64,000 bases of DNA from Nemertoderma westbladi (taxonomy: Eukaryota; Animalia; Xenacoelomorpha): positions 1-64,000 of the forward strand of contig JAUCBJ010008653.1 of assembly GCA_032718475.1 (NCBI GenBank), in the 5' to 3' direction. The position numbers were made by a program, and so were the translations under genes. The notes under the pieces were generated by a model. It was not told the origin of the DNA. It worked only from the letters and a program-made list of their open reading frames with translations, and made no database searches. Positions 37,718-51,600 of the stretch are shown in pieces. Position 1 is the first letter of the stretch; each line of letters starts with the position of its first letter.

Positions 37718-40160
37718 TCGGTGTTGGAAGTAATGGCAACAAAATTCCAAATATTAGAGGTGGATTTTTCAGATGCAAAATTTTGATAAACCTGCAGAAT
37801 TCCAACCACGGCAACTTCAAAATGGAGCTTCACCCTGCGACGAATTCTTAAACCACTCTACTTACGTGCTACACCAGCACATAAACACGGGAAATCTGGG
37901 GAGAAATCCTAGACGGTAAAGGTGTGTTCAAAACTACAAACTTGATTTATATTACAGACTCTAAGTTATCTACATTATCTAAAGTTCTACAAGGAATGGA
38001 TGTATCAATGACACCAATCGAGTTGCCTCAAGGTGATGACTAACTTTGGAACATTGAAGTTGAAGTACAGAGAACCAACGTAGGAATTTTCGAGATCGCT
38101 GTTAGGGTGGATCGATCCCTATAAGAGACCTAGGGGGAGCTGTTCTATGCCATCGCTTACATCGCGATACGAGCAGCTACCAAATAGATGGATACGGAAC
38201 CACCAACGACAAGTGGAAACAATTGCCGAAATGACTCCGAAACGGATAAGGAACTCATCATCCGGGATCTTGCCCTCAAACTCGGAACTCTAAAAGGGCT
38301 CATTACCTGGGCCAACACCCGGATCGAAACTCTGTTAAAACGATCAAATTCCTCCATCATGAAATTCATCAACATTTCTGAAAGGTTCAGGAAGCTATCA
38401 TCTGGAACTAGGAACAATCTACCAGCGAATACAACCGCATGGTCCCTATGGACAATAGTGAGAACAAACCCAAATTCTAGGAACACCTACAACACCTCGA
38501 TGAGTTTCAGAATCAATACTCCAGGATCATCCAACTCATCAGGAAATACGAGGAACAATCGAATCGCAGATGCAAGAGTGGAGTAGAGTCTGCTTCCACT
38601 TTTGCTACGAGATGGCTGACAATGAGGAGAACAGCTCCAAGAACTCGCATGGCTCCAGAGTTCATACCGTAAGTGGACCAGGGAAGTCATAGTGCCCAAT
38701 ACGTGCCTGAAAAGGTGTCTGAGGGAATTGCTATGCATCTTCCTGTTCGGAATGCTCATCACAGGATACCTTCTCGAAAACCGTTGGATGATGCCCAGGA
38801 AGGTCATAGTGCCCGATACGAGCCTGAAAAGGCGTCGGAGGGGATTGCTATGCACTTCACTGGTCATAATGCCCAATACGGTTACATGAGGTATGTGGGT
38901 GGAAGGTGAAGTAGATCCGATTAATAGGCAAATTGCAGCAGGCGAGCCTGAAAAGGATTCGACCGACGGAGTTCCACCTGGTCCATGAACTTCAACACAC
39001 CCACAACCACGTCCGAAGAACCTATGACATCCCGGAATCCTGTTGGATTCCTTCTACATTGGTTGCGCATGTGGACACCTCAATTCCACTGGCAAACCCA
39101 CATCAATTCGAGCGCTGGATGATCGCCTTTTGATGCCCAAAATGGAAATACGAAGGTTTAATGGTGATCATATGGTCTTTATCAGATTCAAATGCCCAGA
39201 TTGGATCCACCGAAATAACCGATGGTCATTTATTTATCCCAATATATCGGAGATAAACAACTACGCATACCAGGATGCATGGGACACGTCAAATAAAACT
39301 CTCAAGAAACTAGTACAAGATGCAGGTTCACTTTGAGACCCACAAAATAATCAAGAGTTTTTGGACTCAATGAAGGAGGCATATTACAGTTTGAAACCTT
39401 TACAAAAGGGGGATCCAGTCAACAACATATTAAATCTCCGACAGATTGATCGAAAGTTTCCCAGAGGGTTGCAGACCAAATTGGCCTTCAAATACATTGA
39501 TTTACGCTGGCGTCTTCCGGAATATGACCCCACATATCTGGAAATGTCTAGATTCCTCGATGCGTCTCCAAAATGATGAACGACTCTATGTTTTCTAAAC
39601 AGTGTCTGGTGAAGCTGGATGGGGGGGGGGGGGGGGGGGAGACGATGACCCACTCCCAGATTCCCTTACTCAAACCCAGATTCCGTGAACCCGTTAGTAC
39701 TATGGCGGTATATGGAGCCGAAGATGATGTAGAAGAGGAAGATGAGGTCTATATATATGGCAGAAGAATGGGCCAGATTCTTTGCCAATTGGACACCCAA
39801 GCGAAACATAACATGGTAGGGACAAAGCGGGGAGAAACACGCCTTCGGGTTCTGCCGGAAGTTTAAATATATGGAGTTGGTGCCCCGTTTTGAGGCAATA
39901 ATGAAACATCAAGGCTGCTTCAAATGTCTTAGCGTCGGACAATATGTGGGGGATTGTGATAAGAAAGCATGTTGCACCGTATATGTAGCGACAACTGACA
40001 TCATACGAAACGCATGCAAAACACAGAAACGCATGCAACACAAAAACTGGCAAACCATTTCATATTTCAGAAAGAACAAGGGGGGTCGAAAACCCAGATT
40101 CCAACTGAGGAGAGACATGATGAATATCTCAAATGTTAACCTGATTCATTATCATTATAT
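37718..40160 (+). mobile_element. Heavily decayed BEL/Pao gag remnant
   Basis: LMPKMEIRRFNGD (start of DUF1759-like region, ~39130) and GCFKCLSVGQYVGDC..ACC zinc-knuckle remnant (~39910); many stops and frameshifts; PBS-like TCGGTGTTGGAAGT after TTACA at 37717. Confidence 0.6.
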
Positions 40161-40329
40161 TTGACGAATGTAGATGTGGGACTGCGCATTAACAATGGAG
40201 TGACATGAGGTCAAGTATAATGTATGTATATTATAAGTAGAGCAAACCAAGCATTAGGCCTAGATGATAGGGCAGTGCAGAATACAGAAGGCAGTATGAT
40301 TACTGGAATACTATGCATACTTACTTCCC

Positions 40330-40526
40330 GGTTTCCATAGGTTGCCAAGCAATGAAAGGCATTGTTAAGCAATGATATAAACAACTGAGTTTGTGGTATG
40401 AACTAAGTACACCTAAAATAAAGTGTCACCGCACAGCAGTGAAAAAAAAGGTTTTCCTAGGCTGCCAAGCAACGGAAAGTGTTGTTAAGCAATGATATAA
40501 ACAAATGAGTTTGTGGTATGAACTAA
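40330..40526 (+). repeat. Two direct copies of a ~77-bp sequence at 120-bp spacing
   Basis: GGTTT..TAGG.TGCCAAGCAA...TGTTAAGCAATGATATAAACAA.TGAGTTTGTGGTATGAACTAA occurs twice. Confidence 0.8.
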
Positions 40527-40609
40527 ATAAACAGTTACATAATTCGTATTATTGGGCCATGTAAAATTGAGTTGCGTTTGGGTATATATTGTCTACGTGT
40601 AATATTTAA

Positions 40610-43390
40610 GGAAACCATGGTATTGAGGGGGTGGGAATGTGCGTCCGGAACGAGTGGCTGGTTTTGGCGGTTGGGTCGGGGTCTTGGGAGTTGGTGAAGC
40701 GATCTCGGCCGAGGTCAGGGGTTCTTCCGGGGGTGGAGTTGCTGGTTCCGGAACATTTAGGGGGGCGGTGGGCGGTGGACGGACTCAGAGTCGGTGTGAT
40801 GGTCCCTCCTTCCGAGGCGGTGCGGGGTCGGAGGAAGTCGGTTGCATCAGAGTACGCTGCCACTCTCCTGGCGGACCATGTAGTCGTGGTTCGGGAGCGC
40901 TTCGACAACTACGCCTTGGCCCATCCAACGCTTTGTGATGGTATTCTGGATGAGGACGGGTGTCCCTATGGATATAACATGGAGGGGCCGAGTGAGGAGG
41001 TTGTAGGCCACACGTAGTCTGCGTTTGGATTTTTCGGCGACCTTGTCCAGTTGCTGGAAGCTCCTCCTCCATTTGGGGTCGAAAGAGGAGGAATGTGCCG
41101 GCAGGGCTTCCCGTATGTTGCGCCTATATAGTAGTTCTGCAGGCGAGCGCCCGCCATATCGTGGGGTATTCCAAAACGCGAGTATACCTTGCGCGATTCC
41201 ATCGACATCGTGGTTGGTCCCTCGAACGATTCGTTTCATCGTTTTCACGGCGGCTTCGGCACGGCTGTTGGTGCCGTTGGGGACGATGGGTCGAAGTGGA
41301 CCCCCCAGTTTTTGAGGAAGGTCCTCACCACCTCTGAACCGAACTGCGGGCCACCTTCTGGATGGAACTCCTGGGGGACGGCGGTAACTAAAAATAGACG
41401 TCGGAGGTTCATGATGATGGCAGCCGAAGTTGTATCAGAACCAAGTTGGAATAAAGTAGGCCAACTGGTATATTCGTCGGTAGCGACCATGTAGTTCATG
41501 CTGTCCGCCACGAATAGGTCGGCGTGGACCCTTTGGAATGGCCGCAATTTGACAGCGCTCGATGGAGACCGCAATGTTGTTCGAAATGGTCAGCCACCAG
41601 ACTGACTGACTTGCGCGCTCTCGGGTCTTGTTGAGGTCCTGGTGGGCGGCGTGGATTATTCGGAGGGTGCTGGAGCGGAGTTCCTTCGGGATGTAGATCC
41701 GCGGCCCGTGGATGATAACGCCGTCACATACCATGAGGTCCATGCGGTGCTGTAAGTAGGGTTGCAGGTCGTCGTTGGTGACGTCGGCCAGTTAATGTTA
41801 TGAGGCGACATCGGCCAGCTGTCCCGGATTGTGGCGAGGAGAGCCGAGTAGATCGGATTGACGGCGCCGGTGGCTTGGATTTTGTCGATTCGGGTGTCGC
41901 GGGCGTCGAGTGTCTGCGCTGTCTCAGCGAGAGCCGCCGATACGATGAACTCGTGGTCGTTGTTGTCGTCGGCTGTGAGGACGAGGTCATCCAGAGTGGG
42001 TTTATTTTGCGGCGAGTGGGAAAATGCGTCGGCGACGAGGTGCCGGGATCCTTTCTGATGGCGGGCAGTGAAGTTAAACCGTGATAGAGCCATTTTTAAT
42101 TTTAAGAGACAGTCATTTGATACCTGGTCGAGCCGTCTATCATTCAGGATGGGAATGAGGGGGCTACAGTCCATGACGAGGTCAAAGTGGTTTAGCCCAT
42201 CCATGAAATAGCGGCACTTGTATGCCGCCCAGGCTGCTCTGAGGGCCTCCAGTTTGGCCATCCAGGACCAGTTAGCATTGTGTTTGGCGAGGGTCCAGGA
42301 GTCCCACTGGATGATCAGCCAGCGGTTTGGAGTCGGGTCCCCTTGGCGTAGGAGGAATCCAAGGCCATTGAGTCAAGAGGCGTCTGTCAGCAGTTCAGTT
42401 TTCCTATTGGGGTGGAAGCCGGAGAGGTAGAGTGGGCTGGACAGTGCTTATCGGGTGGACTCAAAGGAGGACTACTGGTGATGCGGCAGCCAAACCCAGG
42501 TGGTGCGGTCCATGTTGAGGCTGCGCAGTGGCTCGACGAGTTGGGAAATCTCCGGAGTCGAGTTTCATAACTTTTGTCCGAGGCCAAGGAAGGACTGGAG
42601 TTCGCGGCGGTTGGTTGGAACCGGAAAGTTACGGAGGTCATCGAGGTCATCAGTGAGGGATGGGTCAATCCGGTAGTTGCCATGACTGATGAGGTAGCCT
42701 TCAAAGCGGACTATGGGGCGGCAATACTGGACCTTGTCCGTGTTTATTGATATGTTGACTGCGTCGCAGGTGGCTAGAACGTAAGCGACTGCTTCCAGGT
42801 GTTGTTTGGCTATGGAAGATGACATCCTCTGCGATCCATCCGATGTCGGGAATCCCAAGGAGTGCTCGGGCCATGTGGCGAAGGTAGTGAGGCGGCGGAT
42901 GGTAAGGTCAAGACCCCCCTGGTGGAAGCCCTTCAGGCCATCGAGGACGGTAAAGTACTGGGCCGAGGATGGGATTTTGGAGATGACGTGGAATGGGGAG
43001 TCGGAGAAGTAGCTCGGGCAAACTGTAGCTTTATTAAGTTTGCGCAGATCGACCGTTATGCGAACTTTGTTGGGGTTGCTCTTTTTGCGTGTAACGACCA
43101 TCGGGCTGAGCCACTCGCCCGGGTTATTCTTGTCTCCGGCGGGTTCCAGTATACCCATGGCGATCTGTGTGTCGAGTTCCTGGTTGAATGCCACCTCCAT
43201 GTTGACGGGGATGGTTCGATTAGTGTAGCATTGGTTAGGTCGGGCGCCAGGGATGAGTTTGATTGTTATTTCCCCGCCGGTCATTATGCGACACTGCCCT
43301 GAGAGTGGGCGGGGAAAGCTGTGTTCGAGCGCTTCCCAGTCGGCGTTGGCGGATGCCACGGGGCTTGTGGACCGGTAGAGGGGGGCAGGG
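40610..43390 (-). mobile_element. Decayed Ty3/Gypsy pol (RT, RNase H, integrase), GC-rich
   Basis: WLSPMVV...RITVDLRKLN, VLDGLKGFHQ, ELQSFLG; TDAS..GLG; VADAFS; GPRIYIP; FQRVHADLF, GGPQF, WNTPRYGGRSPAELLY; multiple frameshifts. Confidence 0.9.
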
Positions 43391-44659
43391 TGTTGATGAC
43401 CTACTCATTGTTGTTATATCTTTTGTCCTAACCCAACCATATGACTCCCCCCACATCATTTACCCTGTTATTATGCGTTCTCCTAACTATAGTTATATAA
43501 AGATAGGCCCATACATTCTATGTTATCTTTTATAAGTGCGCTACATTATTATATGGATAGAGAGGATAGGTATGCCTTAGTATAGTTATACAATGCCCAC
43601 AGTAATTATCAGCAGCTTTAGTAAACCTTCCCTATTGGCCAACCTGTTCACAATATCTCATATTACTCAACTAGTGTTTATCCTTGTTTATAAGGTGTAT
43701 ATCTCTCTGATTGGCTCACATGCAATGTTTGTTTATCTCATATGTACTTTCCTGTGGGTTTATATTGCCTTACATATTTCCTATATGATATAGCTGCTGT
43801 TATAGCTAGTTATCTGATAGTGACACTGAAGCGTTAGGGAAGCACAGCCGGTTTCAGTATGTTTAGAGTTGGATCTTTCATTAATGTATTAACATCATAA
43901 CAATTAAGATTACTGATTAAACCACATAAATCTACTTATCAACATTATTGCAATTATCATTATTATTAACGTTACCGTAAACATTAACATAGTGCATTAA
44001 TTATATTCATCTTGTTATCTTAGTGTAATTTAGAAATGCTATTGAGATTATATTGACAATTATTATTATTATATTTCATTTATATTTATACATGTTCTTT
44101 TAGCTAAGGTTAGATGCTTACATACATATGACAAATGACACAACTCAAAGCTCCATCCTGTTTCGTTTATTGATTTAGTTTATAAACATATCAACGACCG
44201 AGTTGTGCGTTGATATTTTTTAATACATTAAATAGTTCCAGCTGGTTTTATTCTGGGTACCTTAAATGTACTTACACGTTCGTGGGGCCTTCGCGCAGCA
44301 CGAGGCCCAGTTATGAGATACAAATTAAAATTGTGCGACTGTATCACAAAATCAGGTTATGAGAGATTAACCAACACCACCAATTAATCAAAGAAAGGGG
44401 GACAGTACGTGTTCACCCCTTTTAATCTGCACCCCCCCCCCCCCCTCCCTTCCCACCCACCAATACATAACCGCGACATCTACCACCCACGGAAGGGTAG
44501 CACGAACTTATTTCCAAACGCACGTTCAATATGCAAAGCCAGGTGGTTTATAGGAATATAATCAATGCAGTACTCGTCTTCATTATAAGCCTCTTTGCGT
44601 TCGACCTGTTTTGTATTAAAATATATTTATTAAACGCAGGCTGACGCTCTTTATAATAA

Positions 44660-45006
44660 TAATACCTAGGGATGCCAGCTTCCAGACTTTCAATCTTTAC
44701 TGCCGCGCAAACCCCGCAGAGGAAGTTTTGGTTTGAGAGATCAAGCCCATCGGCAATTGGTGTTTCAATTTCGGTCCAGGAACTCTGACAATGGGAGCAT
44801 TCAATCTTAGCTGTGGTCCATTCCCGTGGTTTCGGCTTCCTTTTCTTCGTCCCAATGACAGATTCTTCTGAAGACGTTCGATTCGCTTTCAGTTTATTGT
44901 TGGCGTTTGTGTTTTGAAGTTGTATTCGAGTGGACAGTCGCGCCGGTTTCGAGGTAACCATACCGACCTGTGATAAGCGTTGGTTTTGTTGAGTGTCGGT
45001 ATTCAT
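44660..45006 (-). mobile_element. 5' fragment of a LINE ORF1 related to the 27670 element
   Basis: EWTTAKIECSHCQSSW...NFLCGVCAA aligns with DWTNETVCCTECKLIW...NFLCGVCSA. Confidence 0.65.
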
Positions 45007-46279
45007 CTTCTCTCACCTCTTCAATGTCAGATGTTGCAAATACTGATAACACGAATAACGGTATATATTTCAATACTTGTCAATAGTAATATATATAATT
45101 TAGATAACTATTTTATATCTGTACTGTTGAGCAAACTCTACATAAATTTCAACCTGTGTATCGCCGGTAGGGCTGTTGCTGTGCAAGTGCTAGTTGCCAC
45201 CGGTCAGCCGGTACCGGTAGTAGGGTGGTACCATGGCCTACTACACACAGGCCATGACAAGGACTTTGCTGTGAAATTAGCGTAGGCTGACTGGTGACTG
45301 ATGAATTATCAAATATTATATTTTCCATGAATGCAGGGTCCATATTTAAAAGAAGATGACTAGATTTTCGTAAAGAATTTAATTGAAACAGTATTTAATA
45401 ATAAATAAATTAATTATCGCTCGAGTTCCTGCAGCTTTTATTCGTGGCAGGAATGTTTGAACGCTAATAAGTCGGTCAATCATGGATGAAATGGAACCAA
45501 ACTTGGTACACTTGTAGTCTTAAAAAAATTTAGAAATTCTACACACAGACAGACTTCTACAGTTCCCCGGTCTGCCGCTAGGGGGCGAATTAACAGAAAC
45601 GTAAAAATAGCTGTAATTATAGAACCAACGATCAGATTCATCTGAAATTTAGTAGTAGTTACCTAAGAGCATTGCTTAATTAGAAATTCTACAGAGACTT
45701 TTACAGTTCCTGTCTGCCGCTAGTGGGGAATTGTTAGAGCTCCAGTTCAACGTGCTTAGCACGGTTTAATAAACAATCAATTAATTATTTTATTCAATAC
45801 AGTAATTATAACAGTAAAATGCAATGTATTCTATTTTTTAGTGAAATCAAGAGATAGGAGGGGGGTGGGACTGGACGCAAATCCCATCTTGGCGAATTAA
45901 TATCCCGCCTCAATATTAATTTCTAAATTTTGGGAAAGGAGCAGGTTACAGTGGCACGTTATTTTAACCAAAACAATAAAGTAAACACAATAGAACAGGT
46001 TACAGTTTTATTTTTGAGAGTAATCAGCTGTTGTTATTTGCGTCCAATTTCCCCTGGAGAGGGATGAATTTTTATTGCGTCCAGCCCCCCCCCCCCCCCC
46101 CCCCCTATCTTGAAATCAAATACCAAAAATATATTTATTATATGAACAATCTATTTGGAAATTGTAAGTTCGGCCTATCTCTTTACCATAAGCTCAGTAT
46201 CTTTATCTGGTGTGTTTTTATTATTTTACCAATTATTTAATATGTTTGATAGAATTGAACAACACCGCCCAACACAACC

Positions 46280-46860
46280 AACTCTCTATCCGCCTCGAGC
46301 ATCGAGAATACGAGAAACTCAATCGAAATACCTGCTTATCCCAGTAGTATCCGTCCGTAGTCTAGTCACCGGACCGCTGCGGTTTACTCCCGTAGAACAG
46401 TAGAATTCCCGCAGCTTCCGACCCAATTCGACAACGAATTCGCTTCACACTTTCGCGTCACAGAGAACGTAATCCAGTGCGATACAAGTCTGCCCGACGT
46501 TCAACCATTTCCCCCAGGCGATCCCAGGATCCGGGCCGCCGCTAAACCCAGATCGCAATCCTCGTCGATTCGTCCAGTCGTCGACGTAAGTCAGTAAGTG
46601 GGACTCTTCCCACCGCACTCCAAGGTGGGTGACCGGAGTGAGGCATGATGAACTTGGCAGTGGCCCGCATTACGATCTGACCGACCGCCGTATTCCCAGT
46701 GTCTGAGTGTAGTAAATACCCAAATAGAATCGTACTGACAAACAAGCAATTCCGTAGTATTCCCCCGTTAATCACCTCTTGAAGCAACTCGGCTGCTCGG
46801 GTCCAGATACATCGGACTGTCGGGAGCGTTTCAGACATCAGACAGTAATGGAGCGGCATT
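46280..46860 (-). pseudogene. Aldehyde dehydrogenase family 3 (ALDH3-like) intronless pseudogene fragment
   Basis: SE..P...AELLQEVINGG, TGNTAVGQIVMRATAKF, IAWG/KWLNVGQTCIALDYVLCD (catalytic Cys motif GQTC), LREFY, DYGRI; contains stops and frameshifts. Confidence 0.85.
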
Positions 46861-47614
46861 TGCGAATATTTCCAATGGTTTTATAATAAATAAGGGGATT
46901 CAACAGTTCAATGCTAAAACAAATGGATTATTCCTAACCCCACCCCAATACAGCAATATACCTAACAGTATATAGCTTAGGTACCACAGTCTGACTAGCT
47001 TTAAATATTAGAGTATGAAAATTATTATAGGACCCTCATGGAAACGAGGTATATACCTCATGAGGCTATCCTTACACCAGAACCTTTTATTTAAGTAAAT
47101 AAACATTTTATAAGTTGACTATCTACATAAATCAGTATTGGTGCTCCTAAATATCTAGTGTTATTAGGCCTACTTGTACTGTAGGCCTAATATCGTAACG
47201 TAATCTTTATAAATGTATTATTGTGAATTTTAAAAGGTTTAATTATGTGTAAAAAACAATCAATCAATCAAACCATAATCAGCACAGTCAGCCTACGCAT
47301 GGGTGGTACCTACGGTGCGCACTACAACGGCTGAACGGCAGTACAGCAATACGGTGTACCGTGCCAATGACTGAATGATTAGCGGTAACTACTGAACTAT
47401 CTAAACTATTATATTATTATTACCGGTACTAGGCTAATTAGGCCTAAACTATAATCACCGCAAGGGTTTCCGGGGCCATGTTTAGATTACATGATATGGC
47501 ATGTCTGCAGTGTATGGTACCGGCTGACCTGTATTACAGCCTGACAGTACCGGTACAAATGGTACATGCAGATTGGCAGACAGCCCCTATGTTTTGCAAA
47601 ATTTGTCAGAAAAC

Positions 47615-48375
47615 TATGGCATACTTTTAGTATTAAAACCCCATTTTATTATTCACTCATATTTTTTTAAGGAAAATAATTATGTACTCTTATTTTTATA
47701 TGTGTAACTAATTTAATTGCATTATGTTCTCATTTTAAAATGAGTACACCTATAATTCGGGAAATTTTGCAATTTTGTACTCATATTTTTATAAGAGTCA
47801 CTAATTCAAAGAATTATGTTCTCATTTTAAAATGAGTACACCATTAATTCGGAACATCTTTCAATTTTGTACTCATATTTTTATAAGAGTCACTAATTCA
47901 AAGAATTATGTTCTCATTTTAAAATGAGTACACCATTAATTCGGAACATCTTTCAATTTTGTACTCATATTTTTATAAGAGTCACTAATTCAAAGAATTA
48001 TGTACTCATTTTAAAATGAGTACACCATTAATTCGGAACATGTTTCAATTTTGTACTCATATTTTTATAAGAGTCACTAATTCAAAGAATTATGTACGGT
48101 ACTCATTTTAAAATGAGTACACCATTAATTCGGAAAACCTTGCAATTTTGTACTCATATTTTACCCAATCGCGAATTTGCACCTCATCTTTTAATAATTG
48201 TCACCCATCTTTTAACCAATCACGAATTTGCGCCTCATCTTCGAATAATTGCCACCCATCTTTTAGCCAATCGCGAATTTGCGCCTCATCTTTGAAAATA
48301 TGTCACCCATCTTTTAACCAATCACGAATTTGCGCCTCATCTTCGAATAATTGCCACCCATCTTTTAGCCAATCA
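47615..48375 (+). repeat. Left TIR of the IS3EU element: 92-bp tandem units, then 51-bp CCAAT-containing units
   Basis: 92-bp unit contains palindrome TACTCATTTTAAAATGAGTA; CCAAT at 48165, 48216, 48267, 48318, 48369. Confidence 0.92.
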
Positions 48376-48603
48376 TTGATAAGGCCTTTCTCCACTGTTG
48401 TAAAGAAGTATAAAGGGTGAATCGGACTACTGTTGAAATCATATGGTTTCTGTGATAGCATATGATAACGACGGTACATAAAGTTGCTGCACTGGCTATC
48501 GAGAGTTTAAGATTTACTAGTGGATGTGGGTGATTGGGTCTGTAAAAGTGGGCATAACATAAATGATTACTAGGCCTAAGTTGTATTGCCGTCATTAGTA
48601 TCT

Positions 48604-51600
48604 CCCAGCAAAGTCATAGCATGATAAGTCGCTGATAAATTGCTACTAATTTCGCCGGCTAATACCCTGCTAATTTCGCCGGATAAAAGCCGGCTTTTTG
48701 GTTCCAATGTTCTTAAAGGTTTCGAAGGGTGGATTTCGAAGAGAAATATCCATCGTTTAGTAGACTTTTAGCCTTCGATTAGTAGTTTACGAAGCATATT
48801 CGAAGGATAATTCGAAGACAAAAATGCTTCGTTTAGTAGACTATTCGCCTGCGATTAGAAGTTTATTTAGCATTTTTCGAAGGATGATTTCGAAGATAAA
48901 AATGCTTCGTTTAGTAGACTATTAGCCTTCAATTAGAAGTTTACGAAGCATTTTCGAAGGATAATTTCATACATTATTAGAAGCATTTTCGAAGCATAAA
49001 AAATACTATTTTTCGAAGAAAAAAAATGTAACTGAAACACAAGTCCAATCACTGGACCTGACTGTGGATGCTTTGGTGAAGAGGGAGGGGGTATTAGCCT
49101 ATACCTACTGTAGTAGCCTACCGTATCCTACCCTACACCCTACTTCCCTATCCTACAATACGTTATATACTTATTAATGGAAGCGGCTGAGTATATAGAG
49201 AAATATATAATCAATATATATTTGAGGGTATCTATGGAAACTTTAGGTGATAATCGAGAAATTCGAATATGTTAGTTTAAATTTAAATAATTTCCCACAT
49301 TTTCAGCCATATTAGATTATTCGTGTTGATGGATCTATGAAAATTAATTAAATTTAGATGCATTTAATTAATAATTATGCTTCTCTGATGACGAAAATAT
49401 GCATTATTTGCCTGATAATTTATCTTCGTTTTCGAAGACAATTATCAGCCATATATAAAGAATTGATAATATTTTACATAGTAATGGACCAAGCGGCTCG
49501 GCTGGTAAGGAAATGACCATATGCTGCGAATGCTCATCAGATTTACAAATTTGAAATTCCGGTTTCAAATTTCAGTTCCCAGTTACAGTACGAATTTAAA
49601 TTCCCAGATACGAATTGTTCACAGTAGTAATAAGTCTTTCTTCTGGAAAGTGAATCTGAACCCTCAGTTACGTTCTAGGGGGGCGTTCATAAAGTATGTC
49701 ACGCAAATTTTCCCGATTTTTGACCACCCCCCCCCCCCTCCCCACCCCCTGTCACAAAATGTCACGCAAGCTCGACCCCCCCCCCCCCCTAGTGCGTGAC
49801 ATACTTTATCGAACACCCCCTAGTTACGTTTTTATATCATGTTCTAGAACATGGTTTATTTATTAAATATAAAAATAGCCTTGCGCCGTGAGAAAAACAT
49901 TCAACATTCGAAAGCCCATATATACTGTATTTTCTAAATTTAAATTTTTTACATATTTGGAATCGTTGAATGGTCAGCTTTCCATCAGAACCAACAAATT
50001 AATATAAGGTTGAATAACTGAGATGGGACTGGTGATGATATCGCCGCCGGTGACACTTTTTTCAAATGCTTGTTGCTAAAGAATAAAAAGCAAAAATACA
50101 AATTATGTCTCAGTTACTACGGATGAGGGAGGTGAAACTACTGTAACTCTGTTTCATATCATGCTATTCATTAAAATTTGTATAAAAGTTAGGGAAGGGG
50201 GGGGGGGGGTATCATGTTTTTGAATTATGACACTACATTACAACATTATATTTAAAAGCATTCAATAATTATTTAATTCATTTTCTTAATCAAAGAGACC
50301 TTGGTGTAGTGGTTGCATTGAATTCACATCTCTTGGAGGTCGTGGGTTCAGTGTTCAGTCTGAAATCTAACAGTGTACTGCAGTATATGTATTCCAACGA
50401 AAAAATACGGTACGGGTCAGCAGGTACGGAACTTCCAACTGCGCTGCGATATGTTGTACTGTTAGTTACATGTGTACATGTGCTGATGTGCGACGTGCTG
50501 ATTGTACAGGCTGACCGGGGTGCATGATAGCAAGAAAATATCTGAATATTAAAATGTTAAATACTGTATTAAAATTTGTATATTAAAAAAAAGATTAAAA
50601 ATAATTATTAATTAAGAATAAATTTTATACAGTATAGAGCAGTAGAGTAAATAGTTTCTGTATCGTTATACTGTAGTATAAAAGGTACATTTTTTAAAAC
50701 TTTCACTTTCGGATATAGTACACGTATTAATACTGAAAAAATATGTGCTTTGTTTGTCCCCAGGATTTCCCTGACTGCCTGAAAGACATACTGTAGTCAG
50801 ATACTGTAGTCTCGTTTTTACAGGTGTCTGACATTCTGACAGTGACATACTGTAGGACAGTATGGACATCGCCTTTACCCCTAGCTCTGCCATACACTCA
50901 GACCTGCAGACTCTGGATACATGGATTACTGCACCTTTAAGGACAGACACAGCATCACACAGTAATTAATGGATATATTTCATAAAACAATATGAATGGC
51001 ACTGGACATAATATAGATCAATTTTCTTTGCTTCAGATGATATATTATTATATAATCGACAATTCTAAAGAAATGATATGATAACTTTGTACTAATTTAC
51101 TGCTAAATATGGTCCCCAGATAAAAAACGGATTATTAGGAGGCATAACTACAGTATATAATTATTATTTTACTCTCAGTATTTGCCGGATAAAATATAAC
51201 ATACAGTAACTATGCATAACTAAACAAAACTAAGCTAAATGATCCAACCTTTGAAAAGTCTACAAATTTATCCTTCGTTTTGAAGGTAAGTTATCCTTCG
51301 AATAGTAGCATAAATTATCATTCTAAACGCAGGATAAAAACTATAATTCATCCACCCTTCGAAAAGTCTACAAATTTAGCCTTCATTTAGAAGGATAATT
51401 TATCCTTCGAATAGCAGCATAAATTATCCTTCTAAACGAAGGATAAAAATTATCAATTCATCCACCCTTCGAAAAGTCTACAAATTTATCCTTCGTTTAG
51501 AAGGATAATTTATCCGGCGAATAGTAGGCATATTTATCCTTCTAGTTGCCGGCTAAAAACTAGCTAAATCTTCAGAACCTTCGAATAGTCTTCGAATTTA

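Noticed and set aside
43391-43901. Possible solo LTR (TGTT...AACA)
   Set aside because: No convincing TSD, PBS or second copy in the window
48092-48420. Short ORFs in the TIRs (also 56016-56239)
   Set aside because: Translations of the 51-bp tandem units
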